58,063 nucleotides of DNA from Candidatus Iainarchaeum sp. Its GTDB lineage: Archaea; Micrarchaeota; Micrarchaeia; Burarchaeales; Fermentimicrarchaeaceae. Positions 45,041 through 53,955 of this stretch are shown here, piece by piece. Position numbers and translations under genes: made by a program. The notes below the pieces were generated by a model. It was not told where the DNA came from. It searched no databases and saw only the letters and a program-made list of their open reading frames with translations. Each line of letters starts with the position of its first letter. The stretch's first letter is position 1. Location of the stretch: assembly GCA_028714235.1 (NCBI GenBank), contig JAQTMQ010000004.1:1-58063 (forward strand), read 5' to 3'.

Positions 45041-46499
45041 CTTGTTTTCCCGGAGGCAGGCAAGGCTTGAAGCCGGGCTTCCCCACGGGCTCCGCCTGCT
45101 CGCCTCCGAGCTCGAGGTCGGCATCCCCTTCGAGGAGGCGCTCGGCTCCGCGGCGCGCGGCAGCTCGGTTTTTTCCGGAGAGATGGCGCGCGTTTGCCGC
45201 GAGGCGCGCGCGGGCTCGGGCATCCACGACGCGCTGCTCCGGGCTTCCGCGAGGACCGGCTCGCTCCAGGCGAAGCGCGCGTACGCGGCGCTTGCCCGCT
45301 GCTACTCCGGGGAGGACGGGCCGTCGAGCCTGAAATCGCTCGCAACCGAGTATTCGCGGCTCGGGAGGGCGAGGCTGAAGGAGCACGCGTCGCGCGCCTC
45401 GATGCTCGGCATCGCGTTCATTTCCGCTTCATGCGTCCTCCCCTCCCTCTTCCTCGCGTTCGCTGTGCTCGGCTCGTCTTTCATGGGCGAAATCGTTTCC
45501 CCGGAGACGCTTTGGCTTTCCTTCGGCGCGCTCCTCCCCGCAGTGCTGCTCGCCATCATCCTCCTCGCGTGGCTTTCCGCGCCCGCCGCCCAGTCGAGCG
45601 GAGGTCCCGGCTTCCTTTCGCGCGGGGAGCGGGAGCGGGTCCGGGCATTCGTTTCGAGCAAAGGAATCCGGCTTTCAGGCGCCAGCCTGCTTCTCGCATT
45701 CCCCGCCTGCGCCGCGTCGGCACTGGCCGCCTTCGCCGCGCTCGGCCCCTCGCCGCTCCTTGCGGCGCTCGCCGGGGCGTCCATCCTCCTTTCGCCCCTC
45801 GCTCTTTACGCGCTGCTCGCCCACTTTTCAGGCGGGCGCGCGAGGCGCGCGGAACGGTTCCTTCCCGACGCGCTGCTCCACGCTTCGTCGCTCGCGGGCT
45901 GTGCGAGCTTCGAGGAGGCCGTGGCCTCGATTTCGCGCGGCGGGTACGGCCCGCTCGGCGAAGAGTTCGCTGCCGCATCGAGGCGCATGCAGGCGGGCGA
46001 GGCGTTCCCTGCCGCGATGGAGGGGGTTGGCGCGCGCCTCGGCTCGGAAGCGGTTTGCCGCGCGTGCGGCCTGCTTTCGCGCGCGTACGAGACCGGCGCG
46101 GATTTGGGCGAGGCGATGCGGGAGGCGGCGGACGACGCGGTGGAGCTGTTTTCCTCCGGGCGCGAGAAGGCGGCGCTCCTCGCGACGCAGCGCTACACGC
46201 TTCTCGCAGGGGCCGCGCTCGTCCCCGTCATTTTGGGGCTCGTGTGCGGCGCGGTCACCGGCATCTCCGCAAGCTTCGAGGAGGCCGGCGGCTCCCCGTT
46301 CGATTCGGGCGCCGGGCAGGGCCTCGTGTCCGAAGGCCTGCGCGCGTCAACGCTTTACCTCGCCATGTTCGCGGTCGCGTCCTCGCTTTTCCTCGGCGTC
46401 CAGGAGGGCGAGCCAAAGAAGGCGGCCGCCTACGCGTTTGCCTTCCTCCCGCTTTCCCTCGCCATTTTCTCCCTCGCGCTCGGGCGCCTGCCGCCATGA
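45027..46499 (+). CDS. FlaJ/TadC/PilC-like polytopic platform protein (two T2SS-F domains)
   Basis: Two cytoplasmic helical T2SSF-like repeats (GIPFEEALGSAARGSSVFSGEMARV.. and ASFEEAVASISRGGYGPLGEEFAAASRRMQAGEAF..), each followed by TM clusters. 14-nt overlap with the ATPase gene. Confidence 0.8.
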   Translation: MAALDLFSRRQARLEAGLPHGLRLLASELEVGIPFEEALGSAARGSSVFSGEMARVCREARAGSGIHDALLRASARTGSLQAKRAYAALARCYSGEDGPSSLKSLATEYSRLGRARLKEHASRASMLGIAFISASCVLPSLFLAFAVLGSSFMGEIVSPETLWLSFGALLPAVLLAIILLAWLSAPAAQSSGGPGFLSRGERERVRAFVSSKGIRLSGASLLLAFPACAASALAAFAALGPSPLLAALAGASILLSPLALYALLAHFSGGRARRAERFLPDALLHASSLAGCASFEEAVASISRGGYGPLGEEFAAASRRMQAGEAFPAAMEGVGARLGSEAVCRACGLLSRAYETGADLGEAMREAADDAVELFSSGREKAALLATQRYTLLAGAALVPVILGLVCGAVTGISASFEEAGGSPFDSGAGQGLVSEGLRASTLYLAMFAVASSLFLGVQEGEPKKAAAYAFAFLPLSLAIFSLALGRLPP

Positions 46500-46506
46500 A
46501 TGGTTT

Positions 46507-46515
46507 TTTAAACAG
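46507..46515 (+). promoter_or_regulatory. TTTAAACAG promoter word upstream of the PAC2 gene
   Basis: 39 nt upstream of the ATG at 46546. Same 9-mer as at 41471 and 50117. Confidence 0.4.
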
Positions 46516-46545
46516 CGAAGCGAAACAAGGCTTGGGTTGGTTTCA

Positions 46546-47277
46546 ATGCGCGTTGACATAATAGAGTCGTCGGAGTTCGACTTGGACGGCCCGGTTCTCG
46601 TGGAAGGGCTTCCGGGGCTCGGCCTCGTCGGCACGATTGCGGCGAGCTACCTCGTCGACAAGCTGAAGATGGACGAGCTCGGCTACATAGAGAGCGAGGC
46701 GTTCCCCCCGATTGCCGCAGTCCACAACGGCATGCCGCTCCACCCCGCGCGCATCTACAAGTCCAAGAAGTACAACATGGTCGTCCTCATCTCGGAGTTC
46801 ATCATACCCATCAGGGCGGTCTACCCGCTCTCGCACGCCATCCTGGGCTGGGCAATCGCGAAAAAAGTGGACAAAATCATCTCGCTCGGCGGAATCGTGC
46901 AGCGCGGAGAGCAGGACGAGGTGTTCGGAATCGCGAGCACGCCCGAGCTGGCGGAAAAGACCGCCGCCTCGAAGATAAAGCTCATCCGCGAAGGCGCGAC
47001 GACGGGCGTCAACGGCGTCCTGCTTTCCGACTGCGCGTCGCGCGGCTTCCCCGCGGTCTCGCTCCTCGCCGAGGCGAAGCAGGAGCAGATGGACCCGCGC
47101 GGCGCGGCGCTGGTCATAGAGGCCCTGAAGCGCCTCACCGGAATCGACATCGACACGAGCGACCTGCGCAAGGAAAGCGAGGAGCTCGAGGTCAAGATGT
47201 CCGCGATGATGGAGAAGGCGCGCGCGGCGGGCAAGCGCTACAGGGAAGCCGAAGAGCTCGGCTCCATGTACGGATAG
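46546..47277 (+). CDS. PAC2-family proteasome assembly chaperone (PbaA/PbaB-like)
   Basis: VLVEGLPGLGLVGTIAASYLV, ..ATTGVNGVLL.., and a C-terminal HbYX-type end (..GSMYG). Only the last 243 codons of track ORF 45760..47277 are real. Confidence 0.8.
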   Translation: MRVDIIESSEFDLDGPVLVEGLPGLGLVGTIAASYLVDKLKMDELGYIESEAFPPIAAVHNGMPLHPARIYKSKKYNMVVLISEFIIPIRAVYPLSHAILGWAIAKKVDKIISLGGIVQRGEQDEVFGIASTPELAEKTAASKIKLIREGATTGVNGVLLSDCASRGFPAVSLLAEAKQEQMDPRGAALVIEALKRLTGIDIDTSDLRKESEELEVKMSAMMEKARAAGKRYREAEELGSMYG

Positions 47278-47294
47278 GAACCCCCCGATGGATT

Positions 47295-47309
47295 AAAAGT
47301 CCGCTTTTC
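47295..47309 (+). terminator. small hairpin plus T-run after the PAC2 gene
   Basis: AAAAG-TCCG-CTTTT (5-bp stem, tetraloop) followed by pyrimidines, 18 nt after the stop. Archaeal termination usually needs only oligo-T, so this call is weak. Confidence 0.3.
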
Positions 47310-47474
47310 ATTGGCGCGGCCCCGCGTGGCGCCCGGGAAAGGGGTTAGAATAAGGGTTAAATACCTTTCCGGGCATAACGAGTGGTTCGGGAACAAACTA
47401 GTTAGCGTATTCGCGTTTAGTTTGGGCAGGGAATTTTTTTGGCAGACAACGGTCCGGGCGCTCCAGCCGACATT

Positions 47475-48056
47475 ATGGATGGCGTTGAGAAGCGCAAGGA
47501 AGAACTTTTTGGCAAGCTCAAGGGAGCCGCGAGCCGGCTTCGGCACAAGATTCACGAGGAGTCCTTCCTCCGCAAGGTTCTGGAGGAGAAGAGGAAGGAG
47601 TGCGGGCTGAACGCGCGCGAGCTGAGGAAGAGGCGCTCCCGCCTCGAGTTCCGGATTGCGACCGAGGCCACGTCCCTCGCGAAGGAGCGGGAGATGATGA
47701 AGGCGATGAAGCTTCTTGAGGCGGAGCTCGTGAAGGCAAGCGAGTTCGAGAAGCTTGAGAGGAAGCTCCACCTCGTGCTCGGCGACATCCGCGCCGCGGA
47801 GTCCGAGATCACCCAGACAAGGAAAGACATCGAGGCCGCGAAAGAGGAGATCCGGAAGGGCAGGGAAAGCGTGCGCGAGAAGGCGCGCGAGGAGCGCGAA
47901 AAGGAGTGGCAGGAACGGAAGCGCGCCCAGCTCATGGCGCGCAAGGCGCAGCGGGACGAGGAAACAAGGAAGGAGGTTGCGCCTTACATGGGCTCTGTGG
48001 ACGATTCCGGCGTGGACCTCGGCTCGATTGCGGTAATAAAGAAGAAGGGGCAGTGA
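47475..48056 (+). CDS. coiled-coil protein (archaeal COG1340-like)
   Basis: 193 aa, highly charged heptad-like sequence (KRKEELFGKLK.., ..KDIEAAKEEIRKGRESVREKAREEREKEWQERK). Start at the first ATG inside the TTG-initiated track ORF. Confidence 0.6.
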   Translation: MDGVEKRKEELFGKLKGAASRLRHKIHEESFLRKVLEEKRKECGLNARELRKRRSRLEFRIATEATSLAKEREMMKAMKLLEAELVKASEFEKLERKLHLVLGDIRAAESEITQTRKDIEAAKEEIRKGRESVREKAREEREKEWQERKRAQLMARKAQRDEETRKEVAPYMGSVDDSGVDLGSIAVIKKKGQ

Positions 48057-48074
48057 GGCGCGCGGCCGCGCGCC

Positions 48075-49727
48075 CTATTTCTTTGCCTTCTTTTCAAGCG
48101 CCGCCTTGAGGAACGCTATGAAGAGAGGGGCAGGCTTTTCCAGGCGCGACTTGAACTCGGGGTGCGCCTGCGTCGCGACGCCGAAGGAGTCCTTCCATTC
48201 CACGAACTCCACGATTTCCCCGTCCGGCGACGTCCCGCTCACGACGAGCCCGCATTTTTCGAGCTCGGCCCGGTAGTCGGCGTTGAGCTCCCACCTGTGC
48301 CTGTGCCTTTCCGACACGTTTTCCGTCCCGTAAGCGGCGTGCGCGCGCGTTCCCTTGACGAGTTTTGCGGGATACGCGCCGAGCCGCTGCGTCCCCCCCA
48401 GGAGCTTGAGCGCCTTCTGCTCGGGAAGCACGTCAATCACCGGGTGCTTCGTGTTCGGGTTGATTTCGGTCGAGTTCGCGTCCTTGAGCCCGCAAGCGTG
48501 GCGCGCGTACTCCACGACCGCAAGCTGCATCCCGAAGCAGAGCCCGAGGAAAGGAATCTTGTTCGCGCGCGCGTACCGGATGCACTCTATTTTTCCCTCG
48601 GTCCCGCGCGAGCCGTACCCTCCGGGCACGATTATGCCATCGCATTCCTCGAGCACCTTGAGCTTCGACTTGTCGGCCTCTATCTCGGTCGTCTCAATCC
48701 ATTTCACCTTGACCGCGCAGCCGAGCCTTCCGCCCGCGTGCGCGAGCGCCTCCTTTATCGAAACGTACGAGTCCTTGAGCGCCGTGTACTTGCCGGTTAT
48801 CCCGACGGTCGCCTCCTTTTTGGGCGACTTTATCCCCTTGACGAGCGCGTTCCATTCCGCGAGCCCCCCGCCGTCGAGCCTGAGCCCCAGCTTCCCGGAG
48901 ATGATTTCGGAGAGCCCCTGCTTCTGGAAGACTTCCGGGACCTCGTAGATGGTCTCGCAGTCCGGGTCGTCAATCACGCGCTCCGGGGGCACGTTGCAGA
49001 AAAGCGAAATCTTCCTCCTCGCTTCCGGAGTGAGCCTTTCCTCCTCGCGGCAAATCACGACGTCGGGCTGGATTCCCATCCCCTGCAGGAGGCGGGTCGC
49101 GTGCTGCGTGGGCTTCGTCTTCTGCTCGCCGACCGCGGAAAGCGTGGGGACGAACGTGAGCTGGACGAACATCACCTTTCCCGGCTTCTCGAGGGAAAGC
49201 TCCCTCATCGCCTCTATGAAGTACGAGTTTTCGAGGTCGCCCGCGGTCCCGCCGACCTCCACGAGCACGACGTCGGAATCGAACTCGCTTCCCACCTTCG
49301 TGACCCACTTCTTGATTTCGCCGGTGAGGTGGGGGACTATCTGCACGTCCACCCCGAGGTATCCGCCGCACCGCTCCTTCTCTATGAGGTAGCTGAAAAT
49401 CTTTCCCCCGGTCATGTTGTTCATGTAGTTCAGGTTGAGGTCGAGGAAGCGCTCGTACGTGCCGAGGTCCATGTCGCACTCGTTGCCGTCGTCGAGCACG
49501 AACACCTCGCCGTGGCGGAACGGGTTCATGGTCCCGCAGTCCACGTTGAGGTACCCGTCGAACTTGATGGGGACGACCTTGAGCCCCCGGGACTGGAGAA
49601 TCTTCCCGATGGAGGCGGTGACTATGCCCTTCCCGAGGCCGCTCAGGAGCGAGCCGACTATTATAATGTACCTCCTTTCCGCATCGCGCGGAGAGGGGGA
49701 AAAGTCAAGCGTTGCCGGCTTTCGCAT
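48075..49727 (-). CDS. pyrG: CTP synthase
   Basis: SLLSGLGKGIVTASIG, glutaminase triad region GLCFGMQL, ..HRHRWELN. TATA-like TTTTTAAAG (reverse of about 49748-49756) lies about 25 nt upstream of the ATG at 49727. It has an 18-aa N-terminal extension relative to the usual MKYIFVTGG start. Confidence 0.95.
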   Translation of the reverse strand: MRKPATLDFSPSPRDAERRYIIIVGSLLSGLGKGIVTASIGKILQSRGLKVVPIKFDGYLNVDCGTMNPFRHGEVFVLDDGNECDMDLGTYERFLDLNLNYMNNMTGGKIFSYLIEKERCGGYLGVDVQIVPHLTGEIKKWVTKVGSEFDSDVVLVEVGGTAGDLENSYFIEAMRELSLEKPGKVMFVQLTFVPTLSAVGEQKTKPTQHATRLLQGMGIQPDVVICREEERLTPEARRKISLFCNVPPERVIDDPDCETIYEVPEVFQKQGLSEIISGKLGLRLDGGGLAEWNALVKGIKSPKKEATVGITGKYTALKDSYVSIKEALAHAGGRLGCAVKVKWIETTEIEADKSKLKVLEECDGIIVPGGYGSRGTEGKIECIRYARANKIPFLGLCFGMQLAVVEYARHACGLKDANSTEINPNTKHPVIDVLPEQKALKLLGGTQRLGAYPAKLVKGTRAHAAYGTENVSERHRHRWELNADYRAELEKCGLVVSGTSPDGEIVEFVEWKDSFGVATQAHPEFKSRLEKPAPLFIAFLKAALEKKAKK

Positions 49728-49817
49728 GATGCGTTATACCAAAACGCCTTTAAAAACGGTTGCCCGCCCGGGCGCGGGACTGCAACAATTAAAAGCCGCC
49801 CCGCGCAACCAAGATAC

Positions 49818-50036
49818 ATGGCAGTCCTGCCAGAGCTTGAGCCCCGCCATTACACCTACGTCGGGTTCGCGTTCTCGTTCCTCGGCATGGTCCTCGCCCT
49901 CGCCACCATCCTCGCGGTCAACAACGTCCTCCTCTCCGGCTGGCCCTGGTTCCCCATCTCCGTGGCGGCGATAATCGCCCTCGGCATCGCGACGCTCTCC
50001 TTCCACAGGATGGGCACGAAAAGAATCGCGCTCTGA
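49818..50036 (+). CDS. small two-TM membrane protein (hypothetical)
   Basis: This is the 3' end of an otherwise antisense track ORF. The ATG at 49818 lies about 25 nt downstream of ATTAAAAG. Sequence MAVLPELEPRHYTYVGFAFSFLGMVLALATILAV...ISVAAIIALGIATLSF gives two clean hydrophobic helices. Confidence 0.4.
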   Translation: MAVLPELEPRHYTYVGFAFSFLGMVLALATILAVNNVLLSGWPWFPISVAAIIALGIATLSFHRMGTKRIAL

Positions 50037-50116
50037 ACGCGTCCGGCCGCGGCCCGGGCTCCGCGCCCCATGGTTTTGCGCGCGCGCACGTGCGCGTTCA
50101 GGGCGCCTTAGCCGTT

Positions 50117-50125
50117 TTTAAACAG
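50117..50125 (+). promoter_or_regulatory. TTTAAACAG promoter word upstream of topA
   Basis: 30 nt upstream of the ATG at 50147. Confidence 0.45.
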
Positions 50126-50146
50126 GAGCGGGCATAACGCTTGCCC

Positions 50147-52363
50147 ATGGCCTCACTCATAATCTGCGAAAAGCCGAAGGTTGCCGAGAAGGTCGCGGCC
50201 GCGCTTTCCGGGAACGGGGCGGAGCGCAGGGCGCGAGACGGAATCAGCTATTTCGAGTTCGAGCGCAACGGCAAAAAGATTTTCGTAGCCTCCGCGGTCG
50301 GCCACCTCTACACGCTCAAGCAGGAAACCCCCGGCTCCTCGTACCCGGTTTTCGACATTGACTGGGCGCCGAGCTGGAAGGTCGAGAAGGACGCGAAGCA
50401 CACGAAGCCGTACGTGGAGCTCCTGGAGGAGCTCGGGAAGAAGTGCGACGAATTCGTCAACTCGTGCGACTACGACGTGGAGGGAAGCATCATCGGCTAC
50501 AACGCCATCCGCTTCGCGTGCAACTCGCTTGAAGGGAGGCGCATGAAGTTCTCCGCGCTCACGGCCGAGGACCTAGTGGAAGCGTACGAGACGATGGGCC
50601 CGCTTGACGTGAACAACGCAATCGCGGGCGAGACGCGCCACATCCTCGACTGGTTCTGGGGCATAAACCTTTCCCGCGCCCTCATGCACGCAATCCGGAG
50701 CGCGGGCATCTACAAGGTCCTCTCCATCGGCCGCGTGCAGGGCCCGGCGCTCTCCATCCTCGCGCTGCGCGAGCACGAAATCATGCACTTCAAGCCCGCG
50801 CCCTACTGGCAGCTGTTCGCGCTCTCCGGAGACACGCGCTTCCTCCACGTGAAGGACAGGTTCATGAGGAAGGAGGAGGCGGAAGCCGCGCGCAAAAACT
50901 CGGAGGAGGCGAAAAACTGCGCGAAAATCGAGAAGGTTTCGCGCACCGAAAAGCGGCTTCCCCCGAACCCGCCGTTCGACCTCACCTCGCTCCAGGTGGA
51001 GGCGTTCAAGGTTTTCGGCTTCTCGCCCGCGCACACGCTCTCGATGGCGCAGACGCTTTACGAGTCCTCCCTCATCTCCTACCCGCGCACCTCGTCCCAA
51101 AAGCTTCCCGCGAAGCTCAACCTCCAGAAAATCCTGCAGAAGCTTGCCGCCAACCCGGCATACTCCCAGAAGGCGGGCGCCCTCCTGAGGGCGGGGAGGC
51201 TCAAGCCCTTTGAGGGCGCGAAGGAGGACCCGGCGCACCCCGCAATCCACCCGACGGGCATGCAGCCTTCGGCCGGCCTCGGGGAGCGCGAGAAAAAGCT
51301 TTACGACCTGGTCGCGAAGCGCTTCATCGCGTGCTTCGCGGAGTTCGCGGTCAGGGAGGGCATGAGCGTCACGATTGCGCTCGGGCCGGAAAAATACTCG
51401 GTTTCGGGCGCGCGCACGCTTTCGCCGGGCTGGATAGCGTACTACTCGCCTTACGGGAAATTCGAGGAGGAAATCCTTCCCGACTTCAAGGAGGGCGCCG
51501 AAATCCCGGTTTCCGCGATTGAGATGCCGGAAAAGATGACGCAGCCCCCAAAGCGCTACACCGAGGCAAGCATCATCCAGGCGCTTGAAAAGAAGCGCCT
51601 CGGCACTAAGGCGACGCGCTCCGTCGTCATAGAGACGCTGCACAAGCGCGGCTACATCGAGGGGCGCAAGAGCCTCGGGGTCACGAAGTTCGGGCTCGCC
51701 GTCCACGGCGCGCTCGCGCGGCACTGCAAGGAAATCCTTGACGAGGCGCTCACGCGCGAGCTCGAGGAATTGACCGACCAGATTGCGGAAGGCAGGGGCG
51801 AGGAGGACGACGTCATCCGCGAAGGCGAGGGGACGCTCGAGCTGATTCTGGACAAGTTCAAGAAAAGCGAGCCCGTAATCGGGAAAGAGCTTGCCGCGAC
51901 TTTCGTCGAGCAGAGGCGCGAGGAGGAAACCCTCGGCAAATGCGTGAAGTGCGGGAACGCCATCCGCATCCTGCGCAACCGCGCGACCGGAAAGCGGTTC
52001 GCCGCGTGCTCCGGATACCCGAATTGCCGCGAAACCTTCCCGCTTCCGCAGATGGCGAAAATAATCGCGACCGGGAAGGCGTGCCCGTCATGCGGCACCC
52101 CGGTAATCCTGGTGAGGCGCAAGGCGCGCCGCGATTTCGAGATGTGCCTATATACGAAGTGCGCGACAAAAGCGGGTTGGGGGAAAAGCAATGCCGAAAA
52201 AAAGCAGGCCGAGTCCAAGCCGGCGGCGGAGAAGCCCGCTGAAGGGAAAACTGAAGCCGTCCAAGCGCAGGAGCCCAAGCCGGCGCGCGCGGCCCGAAAG
52301 CCCGCAAGCAAGCCTTCCGCCAAAAAGCCTGGCAAGGCAAAACCCGCGGCCGGCAGTGGTTGA
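50147..52363 (+). CDS. topA: type IA DNA topoisomerase with Zn ribbons and a Lys/Pro/Ala-rich tail
   Basis: TOPRIM start LIICEKPKVAEKVA, SYPRTSSQKL active-site Tyr region, CVKCGN..CSGYPNC and CPSCGT zinc ribbons, tail KPAAEKPAEGK..KPASKPSAKKPGKAKPAAGSG. Confidence 0.9.
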   Translation: MASLIICEKPKVAEKVAAALSGNGAERRARDGISYFEFERNGKKIFVASAVGHLYTLKQETPGSSYPVFDIDWAPSWKVEKDAKHTKPYVELLEELGKKCDEFVNSCDYDVEGSIIGYNAIRFACNSLEGRRMKFSALTAEDLVEAYETMGPLDVNNAIAGETRHILDWFWGINLSRALMHAIRSAGIYKVLSIGRVQGPALSILALREHEIMHFKPAPYWQLFALSGDTRFLHVKDRFMRKEEAEAARKNSEEAKNCAKIEKVSRTEKRLPPNPPFDLTSLQVEAFKVFGFSPAHTLSMAQTLYESSLISYPRTSSQKLPAKLNLQKILQKLAANPAYSQKAGALLRAGRLKPFEGAKEDPAHPAIHPTGMQPSAGLGEREKKLYDLVAKRFIACFAEFAVREGMSVTIALGPEKYSVSGARTLSPGWIAYYSPYGKFEEEILPDFKEGAEIPVSAIEMPEKMTQPPKRYTEASIIQALEKKRLGTKATRSVVIETLHKRGYIEGRKSLGVTKFGLAVHGALARHCKEILDEALTRELEELTDQIAEGRGEEDDVIREGEGTLELILDKFKKSEPVIGKELAATFVEQRREEETLGKCVKCGNAIRILRNRATGKRFAACSGYPNCRETFPLPQMAKIIATGKACPSCGTPVILVRRKARRDFEMCLYTKCATKAGWGKSNAEKKQAESKPAAEKPAEGKTEAVQAQEPKPARAARKPASKPSAKKPGKAKPAAGSG

Positions 52364-52730
52364 CTGCGTCCTCATCCGGGGAAAAGACGTTCTTCTCGTC
52401 AAGCGGGACAGGGAACCCTGGAAGGGGAAGTGGGCGCTTCCCGGCGGCTTCATGGAGTTCGGCGAGACGGCCGAAGAGGCGGTAATCCGCGAGGCGCGCG
52501 AGGAAACAGGGATGGAAACCCGCCCCGTCCGCCTGCTGGGCGTCTATTCCTCGCCTTCGCGCGACGTCCGCCAGACAGTCGCAATCGCCTTCCTCTGCGC
52601 CGCGGTCAAAAACGCGGAGCCGAAGGGAGGGGACGACGCGTCCGACGCGAGGTGGTGGCACCTTTCCGCCCTCCCTGAGCTCGCTTTCGACCACGGCAAG
52701 ATTATTAGGGACGCCCTGACAAAATTTTGA
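52356..52730 (+). CDS. NUDIX hydrolase
   Basis: Nudix box GGFMEFGETAEEAVIREAREETG. Likely GTG start at 52356, which overlaps the topA stop by 8 nt. The track ORF (from 52191) has a false N-terminus inside topA. Confidence 0.8.
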   Translation: MVDCVLIRGKDVLLVKRDREPWKGKWALPGGFMEFGETAEEAVIREAREETGMETRPVRLLGVYSSPSRDVRQTVAIAFLCAAVKNAEPKGGDDASDARWWHLSALPELAFDHGKIIRDALTKF

Positions 52731-52733
52731 GCC

Positions 52734-53939
52734 ATGAAGCTTGGAATCCCCACGGGAAGGTCCCTCACCGTGCTTGAGGGCGCGGTGATAATCGCAGGCA
52801 CGAGCATTGGCGCCGGCATCCTCGCCATCCCGGTCGCCTCCTACCCCCTCGGGCTGCCGCTTTCGTCCATCCTCCTCCTGGGCCTTGGAATCCTGAACCT
52901 GCTTTCGGCGCTGCTCCTCGTAGAAGCGATGCTGCGGACGAAAAAGGTCGAGCACCTTCCCGGCCTCGCGAAAGACTACCTCGGGGACTGGGGCGCGCTC
53001 CTGATATCGGCGTCAATGGCCTTCTCGATTTACGGGGCGCTCACCGCCTACACGATTGCGGGCGGGCTTTCCCTGTGCGAGCTCAGCGTGGGGGCGGTTC
53101 CCCAATGGCTCGGGAGCATCGCCTACGCCGCGTGCGCGGCCCTCGTCGTCTGGGGCGGGATGTGGTGGCTCAAGAACGCCGAAAAAGCGCTTTTCTCGCT
53201 CATGCTCCTGCTCGCGGCAGCGGTCATCCTCATCGCCCTCCCGTTCGCGAGCGCGAAAGGGACGGGCATCGCGTTCTCCGCAATTCCCCTCGCCTTCGGG
53301 GTGATGTTTTTCGCGTATTACGCGCACCAGGTGATTCCGAGCGTGGGAAACGCGATGCGGGGCGACGGCCGCAAATTCGCGAAAGCCGTAGCCTTCGGGA
53401 TGTCCTTCCCGATACTCGCGTACCTCGTCTGGAACGTCGTCCTCGTCTCCGCGATTCCGGTTGCCGACCTGGACCTGGCAAGGCTTGGCGGCGAACCGGT
53501 CACCGTTCCGCTCGGGCGCATGGCGGGAATCGTGGCGATGGTCGTGGGCGGAATTTTCGCGCTCCTGTCCACGTTCACCTCGTTTGCGGGCAGCGCGTAC
53601 TCCATGGTTGACGCGATGCAGGACGCGATTTACCAGTGGCGGCACGCCAAGTCGAGCAGGACGTTCATCATCATCCTGGTGGTGGCCCCGTCGCTCCTGC
53701 TCGCGCTCCTCTCGCCGCACGGCTTCCTTCGCGCCCTCGACATCGTCGGCTTTTACGGGACCGGAATGCTCATAGGCGTCTTCACGCCCCTCATCTACCT
53801 GGGCGCGCTGAAAAACGGGAAAAGGAAGCCGGGCTTCGCGGTGCCCTTCGGGAAGGCGGCCGCAATGCTGATACTCGCCGTCTTCTCAGCCGCCCTCGCG
53901 TTCAAGACCGTATCGCTCATGTTCGGCTGGGGCGCCTGA
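52734..53939 (+). CDS. amino-acid permease of the Trp/Tyr (aromatic amino acid) transporter family
   Basis: GAVIIAGTSIGAGILAIPVA N-terminal signature, about 11 TM helices, 401 aa. Confidence 0.75.
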   Translation: MKLGIPTGRSLTVLEGAVIIAGTSIGAGILAIPVASYPLGLPLSSILLLGLGILNLLSALLLVEAMLRTKKVEHLPGLAKDYLGDWGALLISASMAFSIYGALTAYTIAGGLSLCELSVGAVPQWLGSIAYAACAALVVWGGMWWLKNAEKALFSLMLLLAAAVILIALPFASAKGTGIAFSAIPLAFGVMFFAYYAHQVIPSVGNAMRGDGRKFAKAVAFGMSFPILAYLVWNVVLVSAIPVADLDLARLGGEPVTVPLGRMAGIVAMVVGGIFALLSTFTSFAGSAYSMVDAMQDAIYQWRHAKSSRTFIIILVVAPSLLLALLSPHGFLRALDIVGFYGTGMLIGVFTPLIYLGALKNGKRKPGFAVPFGKAAAMLILAVFSAALAFKTVSLMFGWGA

Positions 53940-53955
53940 AAACAGGCCGCCTCCG

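Noticed and set aside
47278-47474. Possible RNase P RNA, 5S rRNA or C/D-box sRNA in the long spacer (AAAAGTCCGC resembles the RNase P CR-I word GAAAGUCC)
   Set aside because: AAAAG-TCCG-CTTTT simply forms a 5-bp hairpin. I found no partner for a P4 helix, no other conserved RNase P regions, no 5S loop motifs, and no RUGAUGA/CUGA boxes. It is kept only as a generic structured-RNA candidate.
48162-49817. First 552 codons of the 624-aa plus-strand ORF 48162..50036
   Set aside because: This part is antisense to pyrG. Only the last 72 codons, from the ATG at 49818 behind a TATA-like word, look like a real small membrane protein.
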